64,000 nucleotides of DNA from Candidatus Undinarchaeota archaeon (GCA_964519305.1 CAZFHY010000018.1:24803-88802); one strand, 5' to 3'. Positions 1 to 9,343 are shown, counted from the stretch's first letter. A program made the numbers and translations. The notes: a model not told the origin generated them from the sequence alone.

Positions 1-440
1 ACAAGCTCGTAAGTTATCTCAAGCACGGAGAGACCTGGAACCCAGAGCTGGAACAGGCGTGGAAGGCCTATGATACAAAGCGCAACGATGCTTACGACCG
101 CCTTAGCGAGAAGGCCGAGGTCACGGAGTACGGCATGACATCGTGCGTGATATCCCTGGCCGACGAAATGCTGGCTACCTCCGACGCTGGAGACTACCTC
201 CTCAACAAATACGATACAGAGATGTCCATCACCCTCTACCGCGACGGCCGGATGGCGTTCCGCCGGGCCGAGGGCGGGACCGTGGACCTCACCGAGGTCG
301 CCCGGATGTTCGGTGGCGGCGGTCACCCGTACGCAGCGGGCGCTCATTTCGACGAGGAGATCCAGGACGATACGGCCTACGCGTACGCCCGTGACAAGGT
401 GGACACGAAGCTCTCGGAATACTTCGCATACGGCCTGTAG
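1..440 (+). CDS. DHH-family phosphoesterase, C-terminal DHHA1 part (5'-truncated by the window edge)
   Basis: Frame is open from the window start. DHHA1 motif 'DLTEVARMFGGGGHPYAAG'. Confidence 0.8.
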   Translation, partial: KLVSYLKHGETWNPELEQAWKAYDTKRNDAYDRLSEKAEVTEYGMTSCVISLADEMLATSDAGDYLLNKYDTEMSITLYRDGRMAFRRAEGGTVDLTEVARMFGGGGHPYAAGAHFDEEIQDDTAYAYARDKVDTKLSEYFAYGL

Positions 441-503
441 ACGCGGTCGCCCCTTCGGGAAAAGCAAAGCTTATATACCGCCTGTCGAGCCTCTCTTGTC
501 ACG

Positions 504-1406
504 GTGACCGAGATGATCTACGATTCGCCACATGTCACGGTGGAAACGACCTATGTCCCTCCCGGTGAGCGGGACGGGCTGGAGGACGGAGCCCCCATGA
601 CGCTGGACGGTTTCTGCTCCCAGCTGGCGGACACATACCGGACCGAGGCACGCGTTGCCGACGCGGCGTACGCCCTGACGGCCTGCATGACCGGCGACCG
701 GCTCACGGCCACCGATCCGACGTCACACCGTGACCGCATGGTGCTCGGGCTGCGCAATAGCGCAAAGAAGCTCGACGACGCTGAGTTCCGCACCTTCCTC
801 AACGGCTACATGGACAAGCTCGGGGTAAGAGACCGGAGAGAGTTCCTCAACTCCTACGAGTTCGGCAACATCCTCGAGGGCGCCGCCGGTGACGAGAGAT
901 CCGGTGTGTCCTATATGGCCGCCGCACAGCTGTGTTTGGCAGCGGAGAAGGACGAGGCGCTCCGGGACTCCCTCTACGATATGCGACTGTCCACGGACAC
1001 CGAGAAGAACATCCGGTTCAAGACCCTTCTGGGTCGGGGGCTCGCACAGGCGGGCACGCTCTACGGCAGCGAGGACGCGCCCATGGTCGACAATGAGGCC
1101 ACATCTTACCTGGGTCTGATCGAGGACATGGCGTCCTTCGATCCGGAGCGGATCGACGAGTACAAGGCCACCGTTGACGAGCTGCTGGGCGAGGGGCACG
1201 AGGCCCGGAACGTCTATCGCATCGACAACCGCATGGCAGTGGCCCGCGAGGTCACCGGATTCGTACGCGAGCTGGCCGCAGAGATGGGCGACGAGGAACG
1301 GGCGGCCACCGAAGCGGCGCTTCTCACTGCGGTGGACCACTTGTTCGTCGACCTGGCGGAGAAGGATCCCGTCAAGGCCTACGCCCTAAGGCGCGAGCTC
1401 ATCTGA
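504..1406 (+). CDS. hypothetical acidic alpha-helical protein (300 aa)
   Basis: Long ORF with coding-like codon usage; BRE/TATA 'AAAGCTTATATA' about 27 nt upstream of the GTG. Confidence 0.75.
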   Translation: MTEMIYDSPHVTVETTYVPPGERDGLEDGAPMTLDGFCSQLADTYRTEARVADAAYALTACMTGDRLTATDPTSHRDRMVLGLRNSAKKLDDAEFRTFLNGYMDKLGVRDRREFLNSYEFGNILEGAAGDERSGVSYMAAAQLCLAAEKDEALRDSLYDMRLSTDTEKNIRFKTLLGRGLAQAGTLYGSEDAPMVDNEATSYLGLIEDMASFDPERIDEYKATVDELLGEGHEARNVYRIDNRMAVAREVTGFVRELAAEMGDEERAATEAALLTAVDHLFVDLAEKDPVKAYALRRELI

Positions 1407-1422
1407 ACGAGCGAGGACCGGC

Positions 1423-1593
1423 TCACACCGATATCGGTGTGTCATCGAAGTTCATCAATGCATGCGTCATGGCGTACGCCATGAAACAGGTCTTGCAGAC
1501 CTGGATGTCCCGGACCCCGGTCGGAAGCTCCACGGACATGACTGCGACATCGTCCGTCTGGATCCCGCACTCGTCGCAACACGCATCGGTCAT
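1423..1593 (-). CDS. small CxxC...CxxC zinc-ribbon protein
   Basis: CDEC and CKTC motifs; TTTAAA box about 25 nt upstream of the ATG at 1593. Confidence 0.55.
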   Translation of the reverse strand: MTDACCDECGIQTDDVAVMSVELPTGVRDIQVCKTCFMAYAMTHALMNFDDTPISV

Positions 1594-1671
1594 ATTCGAG
1601 AGGAGTGCAATCATCGTTTTTAAAGGGTTGTTTACTCTAACGAGTATATCTTAAAGCCTATGTTCGAGGTG

Positions 1672-2748
1672 CTACAAGAGGAGTTCTTTGAGCACTTCCC
1701 GGCACTTGTCGAGATTAGCTAGGATGCATGATTCGCCGGGGCCGTGACCGACACCCTGGGTCCCGGGACCGAACGTCACGGCGGGGATGCCGGCGGCCGC
1801 GAACAGTGACGAGTCGACCCAGCCTCTAAAGAAGAACGGGTCCGCGTACCCGAGCACCTTGTCCGATGCGGCCATGACCTTACTGAAGAACGGATCATCT
1901 GTAGGTAGCAGATAGGGTCCCCGGTACTCGGCGGTACTGCACGGACCAAGCCCCTTGAGGCCAGCGACGACATCGTCCATGTCCTCGGTCGGCGACACGC
2001 GACGGTTGACCGTCACGTCAGCGCGGTCGGGGATCACGTTGTGGCGCACACCGCCTGAGAGCATGGTCACCGCCATCACGGGCAACGCCTCCATCCCCGA
2101 GTGGAGCGGGACCGGCTTGAGCTCAGCGGCCAGGCGCTCCACCTCGGCCACCAGATGTGCTGCCTTGTACAGGGCGTTGTCACCGCGCTCGGGGCGTGAT
2201 GAGTGCGCTGCACGCCCCTCCAGGGCGAATTTGACGGCTACGTTGCCCTGACAGCCCGGAGAGACGTAGATGTGCTCGCCCACGGCCGTGGGCTCGAGTA
2301 TAAGTGCAGTATCAGGCCGATGACGCTCAAGGAAATCGACAACACCGTCGACCTGTCCCTCCACCCCGCCCTCCTCGTTGGTGGAGAACGCGAGGATCAC
2401 CGGTCGTGAAAGGTCCCAGTCTATGATGTCGAGCATCAGCGCAAGACCGCTCTTCATGTCCGAGACGCCAAGGCCGGTCATGACGCCGTCGGCCACCGTG
2501 GGCTTCCAGGGGTCCTGCTCCCAGCCCGACGCGGCCGGTACCGTGTCCAAATGGCCTGAAAGGCACAGACTCTCGCCCTTTTCGGGTCCGAGGAAAGCAG
2601 TGACGTTGTGCAGCTCATCCCGCTCGTAATTAACACCTGCACGCTCGAGCTTCTGGCAGACATAGTCTGCGATAGCTACCTCATTGCCGCTGATGGACTC
2701 GATAGCGACCAGCTCGGCGAGCGTACGATGCAGCGGCGGGAGGGACAT
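1672..2748 (-). CDS. M20 family metallopeptidase/deacylase (ArgE/DapE-like)
   Basis: GHLDTVP, GVSDMK, NEE, GRAAHSSRP and PAVTFGPG..H motifs. Confidence 0.9.
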   Translation of the reverse strand: MSLPPLHRTLAELVAIESISGNEVAIADYVCQKLERAGVNYERDELHNVTAFLGPEKGESLCLSGHLDTVPAASGWEQDPWKPTVADGVMTGLGVSDMKSGLALMLDIIDWDLSRPVILAFSTNEEGGVEGQVDGVVDFLERHRPDTALILEPTAVGEHIYVSPGCQGNVAVKFALEGRAAHSSRPERGDNALYKAAHLVAEVERLAAELKPVPLHSGMEALPVMAVTMLSGGVRHNVIPDRADVTVNRRVSPTEDMDDVVAGLKGLGPCSTAEYRGPYLLPTDDPFFSKVMAASDKVLGYADPFFFRGWVDSSLFAAAGIPAVTFGPGTQGVGHGPGESCILANLDKCREVLKELLL

Positions 2749-2780
2749 GCTCCCGGGGAAGGAGCGAGATGATAAAAAAC

Positions 2781-3722
2781 CTACTGCCTCAGCGCCTCGA
2801 TGAGTGCCACGATGACCTCGTTGGCGCCCTCACCGAAGGTCTGCTTGGTCTGCATGTAGGAGGTGCCAGACTTGTCCAGGGCGGCCTTGAGGTTCTGTGT
2901 CTTCTCGCGCACGGACGCGTCCTCGTGGTTGTCGTTGGAGATGACCACACCGGTGCCCGAGTACTGGAGCGCTCCCAGGTCGTTCATGTTGTCGCCCATG
3001 TATACCATCTTTTCGGCCGGCATGCTGTACATCTCGGTCATGGTCTCCATGGCGTTGACCTTGGTGCAACCGGGGATAAGGAGCTCGAAAGCGTCGAAGT
3101 GCTGTGACTGGTACTCCTTGGGGATGCCCAAGCGGTCGGCGATCTCAGCAGCCTTGTTGAAGGCCTTCTGGCCTACCGTCTCCATGTGCTTCCCGTAGTA
3201 GGTCTCGTCGTCCATCCCGTCGGGACGAGCGGCCTTGACCGTGGGGCGTACCTCGTTGTCCTGCCAGTAAATGTCGTCGCCGCACTCCTTGCCTACCTCG
3301 ACCTTGAACTGGTCGTACAGTGCCTTGATACCGGCGGGCGGCTGGGTGATCTTTTCCTTACCGGGAGTGGAGTATATGCCCTGATCGGCGACCTTGCCCT
3401 CCAGGTAGGAGGCGAAGTTACCGGAAGCGATAGAAAAGAAGCACTTCTCACCGGTCCGCTCCTCGTAGTCGGACATCTCCTGCACCAGCGTCTTTAGCAG
3501 GTACCCTGTGTCGTTGGAGAGCTTCTCCTCCTTGCCGCACAAGGTGAGGTTGTAGTCGGAGATGAGCGAACGGGGCTTCAGTTCCTTGAAGGTGTCCACC
3601 AGTTCCTGGTTCCAGTACTTACCGGCGACCTCCTGGTAGTTCCCTTTTTCGACGGGATCGAACTTCAGTTCATAGGACCGTACTACCGCACCGTCCTCTG
3701 CGCTAATGACCCCGTCATACAT
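2781..3722 (-). CDS. HAD-superfamily (Cof-like) hydrolase with atypical motif I
   Basis: C-terminal 'TKVNAM...YMGDNMNDL' (motifs III/IV); motif I reads DYNLT. Confidence 0.65.
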   Translation of the reverse strand: MYDGVISAEDGAVVRSYELKFDPVEKGNYQEVAGKYWNQELVDTFKELKPRSLISDYNLTLCGKEEKLSNDTGYLLKTLVQEMSDYEERTGEKCFFSIASGNFASYLEGKVADQGIYSTPGKEKITQPPAGIKALYDQFKVEVGKECGDDIYWQDNEVRPTVKAARPDGMDDETYYGKHMETVGQKAFNKAAEIADRLGIPKEYQSQHFDAFELLIPGCTKVNAMETMTEMYSMPAEKMVYMGDNMNDLGALQYSGTGVVISNDNHEDASVREKTQNLKAALDKSGTSYMQTKQTFGEGANEVIVALIEALRQ

Positions 3723-3800
3723 AATCGTATATAGTGCGTTCCGAGTATTTAAATGTTTCCTTTATCGTCACTATTCACCAGTAACAACAAGTAAGAACGA

Positions 3801-5186
3801 TCACATCTGTTTCGCAATGAGCCGGTCCAGTTCGAGGATGAAGGCCTCAAGGACCTCCTCGTCGATGTAGGCCCCTGCTGCGATATCGTGGCCCCCGGAC
3901 TGGCCTCCCCAGCGCTCGACAGCACCGCTTAGCGCTGCTGCGAGGTCGACGCCCGCACGGACCATACGCTGTGTGGTGCGCGCCGAGAGCTTGATCCGTC
4001 CGCCCGAGTCGCGGGCCGCGGCAAGGATTACGCGCTCGTGGTCTACCATACGCGAGCCCAGGCCCATACCGGCGATGATGCCGACAACGGTAGGTGAGAT
4101 GGTCTCGGACTCGAACAGCTGGACATAGCGGCCGATGGGTGTCGCGCCCTTCTCACGCAGCTCGTCGAGGCCGGTACGAAGCTGCAGGCGGTGATAACGG
4201 AGCATAGCGCTCGCTTTTGCGTAATAACCCTCTTCCTGCAGGCAGACGCGAACACCGACGGCGGCAAGGCCCCAACGGCCGCAGGCGTTGAGGAGGGTTG
4301 AGTGTTCTGTGGCGTCGCGCATTTCTGTGCCCTTACGCCGCGTTGGGAGGACGTAGTACTCCTTGACCAGGGCCTCGATGCCCCACTGCGGAACGCGACG
4401 TTCGATGCAGAACCTGACCAGGGCGTCGCCAAGCTTGATCCGGTCCTCTTGCGAGAGGTCGTGATAGGTGAGCGCCCGGTCGTCCTCATCACGCGTGGGG
4501 ATGCCCTCGGCATCAAGGAACGTGCGACAGGCGTCAACATCGTTGGAAAGTCCCGGGATGTACGGAGAGGACGCGTAGGAGAGCAGGACGGCTAATGGTC
4601 GCGTTTCGCGGCCGAAGAACGATATCCCACGTGTTGGTTCGACCGTGCCGTCCTTCTCACCGTCATCGACAGGGATACGGTTCATAGCCTCGAGTCGGCC
4701 TGTACGACGGTCCTGCATGTCGCCTACGGCACCTACGATGGCTATTGGGGCGGTCTCTCTCAGACCGGCCTCCCTGGCCACTAAGTAGGCCACAGTTGAC
4801 CCCGAGCACTGAGAACCGCCGTCCACGCCGAAAAGCTGGGGATTGAGGTGCACTCCGTCGAGATCTACACCCGTCATGGGATGGTGATGGTCGAGCACTA
4901 CTGCAGGGATGCCGAGTTTGGCGATAAGATCGAGCTGACCCGAGCCAAGATCGACGAACACGGCGAGGTCACGGTCCTTGGCGGCCCGTTCCACCTCGGG
5001 AAGCGTCTCTGCCGCGAGCTGGCGAAGGTGGACGCACTTCGGGTCCGTGCCGAATGAACGGAGAGAGTTGACAGCGATGGCCGCGGAGGTTATACCGTCG
5101 GCGTCGATGTGGCTTACCACGAGCGGGTTCTTGGCATTCTCCATTGCAGAGAGCGCCTCGCGGACCCGTGCGTCACGTGACTCCAT
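3801..5186 (-). CDS. archaeal RecJ/Cdc45-like (GAN-type) DHH exonuclease
   Basis: HIDADG, DLGSG, LDHH, GAVGDMQ, LNACGR and SGGHDIAAG motifs. Confidence 0.88.
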   Translation of the reverse strand: MESRDARVREALSAMENAKNPLVVSHIDADGITSAAIAVNSLRSFGTDPKCVHLRQLAAETLPEVERAAKDRDLAVFVDLGSGQLDLIAKLGIPAVVLDHHHPMTGVDLDGVHLNPQLFGVDGGSQCSGSTVAYLVAREAGLRETAPIAIVGAVGDMQDRRTGRLEAMNRIPVDDGEKDGTVEPTRGISFFGRETRPLAVLLSYASSPYIPGLSNDVDACRTFLDAEGIPTRDEDDRALTYHDLSQEDRIKLGDALVRFCIERRVPQWGIEALVKEYYVLPTRRKGTEMRDATEHSTLLNACGRWGLAAVGVRVCLQEEGYYAKASAMLRYHRLQLRTGLDELREKGATPIGRYVQLFESETISPTVVGIIAGMGLGSRMVDHERVILAAARDSGGRIKLSARTTQRMVRAGVDLAAALSGAVERWGGQSGGHDIAAGAYIDEEVLEAFILELDRLIAKQM

Positions 5187-5241
5187 GATGGTACCTTGTG
5201 AACGATCGGTTATACCCGTTCGCCCCTACTGGGCGCGGTAT

Positions 5242-5256
5242 GCAAACCTATTTAAG
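5242..5256 (+). promoter_or_regulatory. BRE/TATA promoter of the tRNA-Leu/tRNA-Thr pair
   Basis: GCAAACCTATTTAAG about 25 nt upstream of the tRNA-Leu 5' end. Confidence 0.6.
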
Positions 5257-5278
5257 GAATATGCGAACACGGGAGGAA

Positions 5279-5405
5279 GCGGGGGTACCCGAGCTGGCCA
5301 AAGGGGCCGGACTTAAGATCCGGTGGCTTAGGGCCTTCACGGGTTCGAAACCCGCGCCCCCGCACGTACGTGGGAGCAAGAGCGAAAGTCCCGTCCCCCG
5401 CACCA
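5279..5405 (+). tRNA. tRNA-Leu(UAA) with a 39-nt intron at position 59/60 (5350-5388); CCA encoded
   Basis: Acceptor stem GCGGGGG/CCCCCGC-ACCA; anticodon arm CCGGA-CTTAAGA-TCCGG; long variable arm; T-stem ACGGG/CCCGT. Removing the intron restores a TTCGAAT T-loop. Confidence 0.9.
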
Positions 5406-5407
5406 AT

Positions 5408-5481
5408 GCCCCGATAGCTCAGCTGGCCAGAGCGCTTCCTTGGTAAGGAAGAAGTCCCGGATTCGAATTCCGGTCGGGGCT
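5408..5481 (+). tRNA. tRNA-Thr(GGU)
   Basis: Acceptor GCCCCGA/TCGGGGC; D-arm GCTC/GAGC; anticodon arm CTTCC-TTGGTAA-GGAAG; T-arm CCGGA-TTCGAAT-TCCGG; CCA not encoded. Confidence 0.95.
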
Positions 5482-5487
5482 CTTACC

Positions 5488-5496
5488 TTTTTTTTT
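5488..5496 (+). terminator. oligo-T archaeal terminator after the tRNA pair
   Basis: Run of 9 T just downstream of tRNA-Thr. Confidence 0.6.
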
Positions 5497-5631
5497 ACCG
5501 GTCTAGGCTTTACGGCATGCGATAATGGTTGTATATACAACTTATGTTAAACAGTGATAATCCTAGCTTGACTAGTAATTCTTAGGACCGGTAGATGCCG
5601 GGCCACGGAGCCCTCCCCCAGGGTGTCTTGA

Positions 5632-5874
5632 ATGACATATGATGAGCCCCATATCGCGAAACGGTTGGGCGTGGTGGTGGTGCTCACTATGGCCTTTTTA
5701 TTCCTCCCCGCCAGTGCCACAGCCAGCCCCGTTCTGTTCGCGAGCCAGCTGTCCACCAGAGGTGCGCCACTGGTCAAATCGGTAGTGGGATGGTTGACGA
5801 TCGAGTTCATGCTCGGGTTCATCACGGCTGTCGCCCTTGCAGCACTACGCAGGCAACGCACTAGAAAGAGCTGA
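5632..5874 (+). CDS. small membrane protein (two hydrophobic segments)
   Basis: Signal-like N-terminus, second hydrophobic helix and basic tail. Confidence 0.5.
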   Translation: MTYDEPHIAKRLGVVVVLTMAFLFLPASATASPVLFASQLSTRGAPLVKSVVGWLTIEFMLGFITAVALAALRRQRTRKS

Positions 5875-5876
5875 GC

Positions 5877-6431
5877 TCACGGCTTCTTGAATTCTTCAGG
5901 CAGGCCGTCGTGGACGGTGAACCCGCGGGAACGGATGTCAGCGAGCACGTCGGCGGTCCTCTTCGCATCGACGAGGCCGCTGAGCATGTACACTGAACCC
6001 TGCTCCTGGACAACGGCGGTGACCATGTCGGTGTCGTAGTCGTTCTCGACCTCGAGATAGAGGTCATTGCTTGCGGCATTGTGGCGCTGGATGTCGTCGA
6101 AATACTCATCGACCATATCGCTCCCGAGCTCGAGGAGAAGGCTCCCGTGGAGGCGGAGCTCCTGTCCGTGGTAGTGGGAGGCCATGCCGGTGTACACGGC
6201 ATCGAAGTGACCGGACTCCTCTGCCCTGGCACGCACTTCGGCCGCGAGCTCGAGGGCCTCGCCGGGCCCGAGGTTGGTCACCTCCGCGACGTACACGTCT
6301 GTGGCCGAGAGATAGGTGGCACGGGCCGTGAAATTGATCATGAGACCGTCGCCGCTGACATAGAGAACGGTGTCGTTATCGTCGGCGGCAGCATCGGCTA
6401 TGAGGGTGTCGAAATCGTCCCCATAGTCCAT
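5877..6431 (-). CDS. hypothetical acidic protein
   Basis: 184-aa ORF; BRE/TATA 'AAAGCTTAAAA' about 25 nt upstream. Confidence 0.7.
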   Translation of the reverse strand: MDYGDDFDTLIADAAADDNDTVLYVSGDGLMINFTARATYLSATDVYVAEVTNLGPGEALELAAEVRARAEESGHFDAVYTGMASHYHGQELRLHGSLLLELGSDMVDEYFDDIQRHNAASNDLYLEVENDYDTDMVTAVVQEQGSVYMLSGLVDAKRTADVLADIRSRGFTVHDGLPEEFKKP

Positions 6432-6464
6432 GCAATATGGCGCGGGCGGGCCGCCTTTTAAGCT

Positions 6465-7037
6465 TTACTCACCCCTGTCGCGGTGGCACAGGTCCGTGAA
6501 CGCCTCAACGATCCGCTCGTTGCGCACCTCGGGGTGGAAGAGCACGCCCCATATGGGCCTTTCGGTATGCCTGAACGCCTCCGCTCGTTCCTCGGTCCCT
6601 GCAAGGAGCCTGAAACCGGGCGGGAGGGAATGGCCGAGGTTGTGGAGGTGGTATGCTTCGAACGACCGTTCCTTGCCGAGCACCTTGTCCTCCTCCAGAA
6701 CGGTGGTCGCCTGCATCCCGATGACCGGCCAGGGGGATACCACACCGCCATGTAGTGCTGCGATGAGCTGTGAGCCCGCACAGATGCCCAGCACTGGTGT
6801 CCGGACGTCACGGAGCCATTCGAGCTCACCGAGCAGCCCCTGCCATGCATGGTCCTTGATGGCCGTGCCGCAGAGAACGATGCCGTCAGCCGCCTTGGCG
6901 GCCGCAGAAGACAGATCGCTCACGTGGACGGTCCCTGCCATCTCCCCGTACTTCTCCACGATGGCCGATATCGGATGCACGAACTCGAACCGGGACAGAG
7001 AGCCCCGCTCGCCGCAAAGGTCGACGATGAGGATCAT
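6465..7037 (-). CDS. class I glutamine amidotransferase (stand-alone)
   Basis: LGICAGSQ nucleophile elbow and FHPE His-Glu pair. Confidence 0.88.
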   Translation of the reverse strand: MILIVDLCGERGSLSRFEFVHPISAIVEKYGEMAGTVHVSDLSSAAAKAADGIVLCGTAIKDHAWQGLLGELEWLRDVRTPVLGICAGSQLIAALHGGVVSPWPVIGMQATTVLEEDKVLGKERSFEAYHLHNLGHSLPPGFRLLAGTEERAEAFRHTERPIWGVLFHPEVRNERIVEAFTDLCHRDRGE

Positions 7038-7714
7038 CTGTCCACCAGCTCCGCTTTCTCGATATGGAGCGTGCCGCTGTGGTCCGAATACTCCGTAGAG
7101 GTCCTGTCGATCCGGATGCGACGGTTGAACAGTGGGCAGTCGGTGACCAGGGTCTCCAGCTCCCCGCCCTCGCCCGAGGGATTGATCTGGTACTTATCCG
7201 CAAGCGATGCCAGCTGGTCCACCTCGGTCCCACCGATGGTCCGGCCGATCCACTCCTCGGTGAAGGGGTAGGCGAACACTCCCGTGACCACTACCTCGAA
7301 ACCCTCGGACAGGAGGAGCCGCATATAGGTGAGCTGGTCGATCTGCCAGAGCGGATTGAAGCACCACAGGTCCAGCTCCCGGCAGATCCGCTGCACGCGG
7401 GTCGCCTGGTACACGGATGCGATTGCTCCCGTCACCACGCCCTCGATCCCGTGCTCCTCCCGGGCCCGTTCGATGGCCCGCTTCATGTCAGCGAGCTCAG
7501 CCTCCTTCTCGCCGGCGGTCTCCTGGACGATGAGCGGGATGCCCATGGCCTGGGCCTGGAGGGACGTGAGGTCGATGGCCGGTGTATGGAACATGTAGCT
7601 CTCGGGGTTTGCGGAGCGCAGGGTGATGAGGCATGCGACATCACCGTGCACGACAGCGCGATAGCAGGCGAACACCGAGTCCTTCCCGCCGGAGAACAGC
7701 ACGCCTAGCTTCAC
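7034..7714 (-). CDS. dph6: diphthine-ammonia ligase (diphthamide synthetase, PP-loop)
   Basis: LFSGGKDS PP-loop, SYMFH, GAIASVYQ, PLWQ and GEGGELET motifs. Confidence 0.9.
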   Translation of the reverse strand: MKLGVLFSGGKDSVFACYRAVVHGDVACLITLRSANPESYMFHTPAIDLTSLQAQAMGIPLIVQETAGEKEAELADMKRAIERAREEHGIEGVVTGAIASVYQATRVQRICRELDLWCFNPLWQIDQLTYMRLLLSEGFEVVVTGVFAYPFTEEWIGRTIGGTEVDQLASLADKYQINPSGEGGELETLVTDCPLFNRRIRIDRTSTEYSDHSGTLHIEKAELVDR

Positions 7715-7745
7715 GAGTGGGATTGGTACCGAATCCTTGAAAAGG

Positions 7746-8600
7746 TTACTGGCCGGACGCGTCCAGCTCGGCGAACACCCGGGCGAACAGCTCGTCCATG
7801 CCGATCAGGTCCATCTCCACCCGCTCGCGCATGGTGTTGTGGAAGCTGGGTGTTTCGAAGGTGTAGGCGAACGCGCCCTTGGCCGCCGAGTAGCCGTCGA
7901 AGCACATGGGCGTATCGCTCTTCTCGGGGAGCAGTCCGTCGTTCCCCATATCCTTGTCGGAGTGGATTAGGCGATAGCCCTCGCGCTCGATACGCTCGGC
8001 AGCGGCCCTACCGTAGTCCTTCACGGGGTCGATGATGACCTCGCCGTCCTCTCCCGGTTCGAACTGGACCACACCGAAACCATGGAAGATCTCCTCGTCC
8101 GTTTCATGGAGGTCGAATCCAAGCAGGTAGGGCACGTCGGCGGTCCGCTCCTCGACGCAGCTCTTCACCGCCCGCTCCTCCATCCAGGTCGCTTTTTCTC
8201 CGGAGTACCCACCGTTCATCGTATCGTATGGCCGGTTCTCCATAGGAAGGGCGTACATGTCGACGTTGACCACGGGGATGACGGTGACGCGGACGTTCTC
8301 CTTGAGCTGCTGTGCAAGTTCTGTATCTGACTCCAAGTAGCGGCGGGCGAAGGCCATTGCGGCCTCGGGACCGGCGGGCTCGGTGGCGTGGTGGCCTGCG
8401 ACGACGAACACCTGGCCCTTGACCTCGCCCGTAGGATTGATGTCCAGCGCGTAGATGTCCGCCTTGTACTCGCTTGCGCCGATACGGACCATGTCAGCAG
8501 AACCGTAGGTGTCGGCGAGCTCTTTCATGCCCTCAACGTACCTGTCGGTGAGGCCGTAGTCCAGCTCCTCTTCGACATGGCAGTCTATGAGCGCGCCCAT
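7746..8600 (-). CDS. M14 zinc carboxypeptidase-family protein
   Basis: GHHATE (HxxE), IPVVNVD, FDLHE and YTFETP motifs. Confidence 0.8.
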   Translation of the reverse strand: MGALIDCHVEEELDYGLTDRYVEGMKELADTYGSADMVRIGASEYKADIYALDINPTGEVKGQVFVVAGHHATEPAGPEAAMAFARRYLESDTELAQQLKENVRVTVIPVVNVDMYALPMENRPYDTMNGGYSGEKATWMEERAVKSCVEERTADVPYLLGFDLHETDEEIFHGFGVVQFEPGEDGEVIIDPVKDYGRAAAERIEREGYRLIHSDKDMGNDGLLPEKSDTPMCFDGYSAAKGAFAYTFETPSFHNTMRERVEMDLIGMDELFARVFAELDASGQ

Positions 8601-8651
8601 CCGTGGCAGTCCGCGTAGTGCCGCCGTATTTTAACCTTCGCTTGGGGAACG

Positions 8652-9320
8652 CTACACACTGCTCCCTGTGAACGGACAGTTACCGGTACCGCCCTTTTCG
8701 ACGGTACCGTCCTGGTGGACGGACAGGTCGCAGTAGCAGTCCTCGCACCGGCCCCAGTGCACGTTGACGAGCCACGAGCCGTCAGGCTCCTCTATACCTG
8801 TGACACCGGACGTATCGAGGTCGCCCACCGCAGATTCCAGGTCGGGATAAGTGCCCCGTATTGCGTCGAGAACGTTGTCAGGGACGTCCGCATCCAGCGA
8901 TCTTAGCGGGGATTCCGTGGGTGCCGGCGTGGCCGTGATGGTCCTGGTGGCGGGACAGTTACCATCCTTGGACTTCTCCACCGTACCGTTCTCATGGACC
9001 GTGAATATGCAGTAGCAGTCCTCGCAGAAGCCCCAGTGGACGTTCACGAACCAGACACCGGCGTCCTCCAGGGCGTTGACCGTGTCATCATTGAGCTCAC
9101 CTGCGACATCGCGGAGGTCGGGGTACGAATCGAGGACCGCCCTAAGTACACCGGGCGGGATGTCACCAACGACGGGGATGGGCTGCAGTGGGGCCGGGGG
9201 CTCGGGCGATGCTGTCACGGTCGCGACAGGGGATGCCTCAGGCCCCCCATCGCCGCCCAAGCATCCGCAGACAAGAGCGAGCACGAGCAGAGCGCTTGCC
9301 AGGACCCGCGGACCGGTCAT
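8652..9320 (-). CDS. putative lipoprotein with two Cys-rich repeat domains
   Basis: Signal plus 'CGCLG' lipobox-like motif; duplicated 'VNVHWG.CEDCYC...VH..GTVEK...GNCP'. Confidence 0.75.
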   Translation of the reverse strand: MTGPRVLASALLVLALVCGCLGGDGGPEASPVATVTASPEPPAPLQPIPVVGDIPPGVLRAVLDSYPDLRDVAGELNDDTVNALEDAGVWFVNVHWGFCEDCYCIFTVHENGTVEKSKDGNCPATRTITATPAPTESPLRSLDADVPDNVLDAIRGTYPDLESAVGDLDTSGVTGIEEPDGSWLVNVHWGRCEDCYCDLSVHQDGTVEKGGTGNCPFTGSSV

Positions 9321-9343
9321 GCATGCTACATGACGAGGATGGT

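Noticed and set aside
5279-5364. Intronless tRNA-Leu ending at CCCCCGCA (5364)
   Set aside because: It needs an A-C mismatch in the T-stem plus an extra G and has no CCA. The spliced model gives perfect stems, a BHB and CCA.
5490-6460. Integrated element downstream of the tRNA pair
   Set aside because: No integrase was found and no distal repeat of either tRNA 3' end was noticed in the window.
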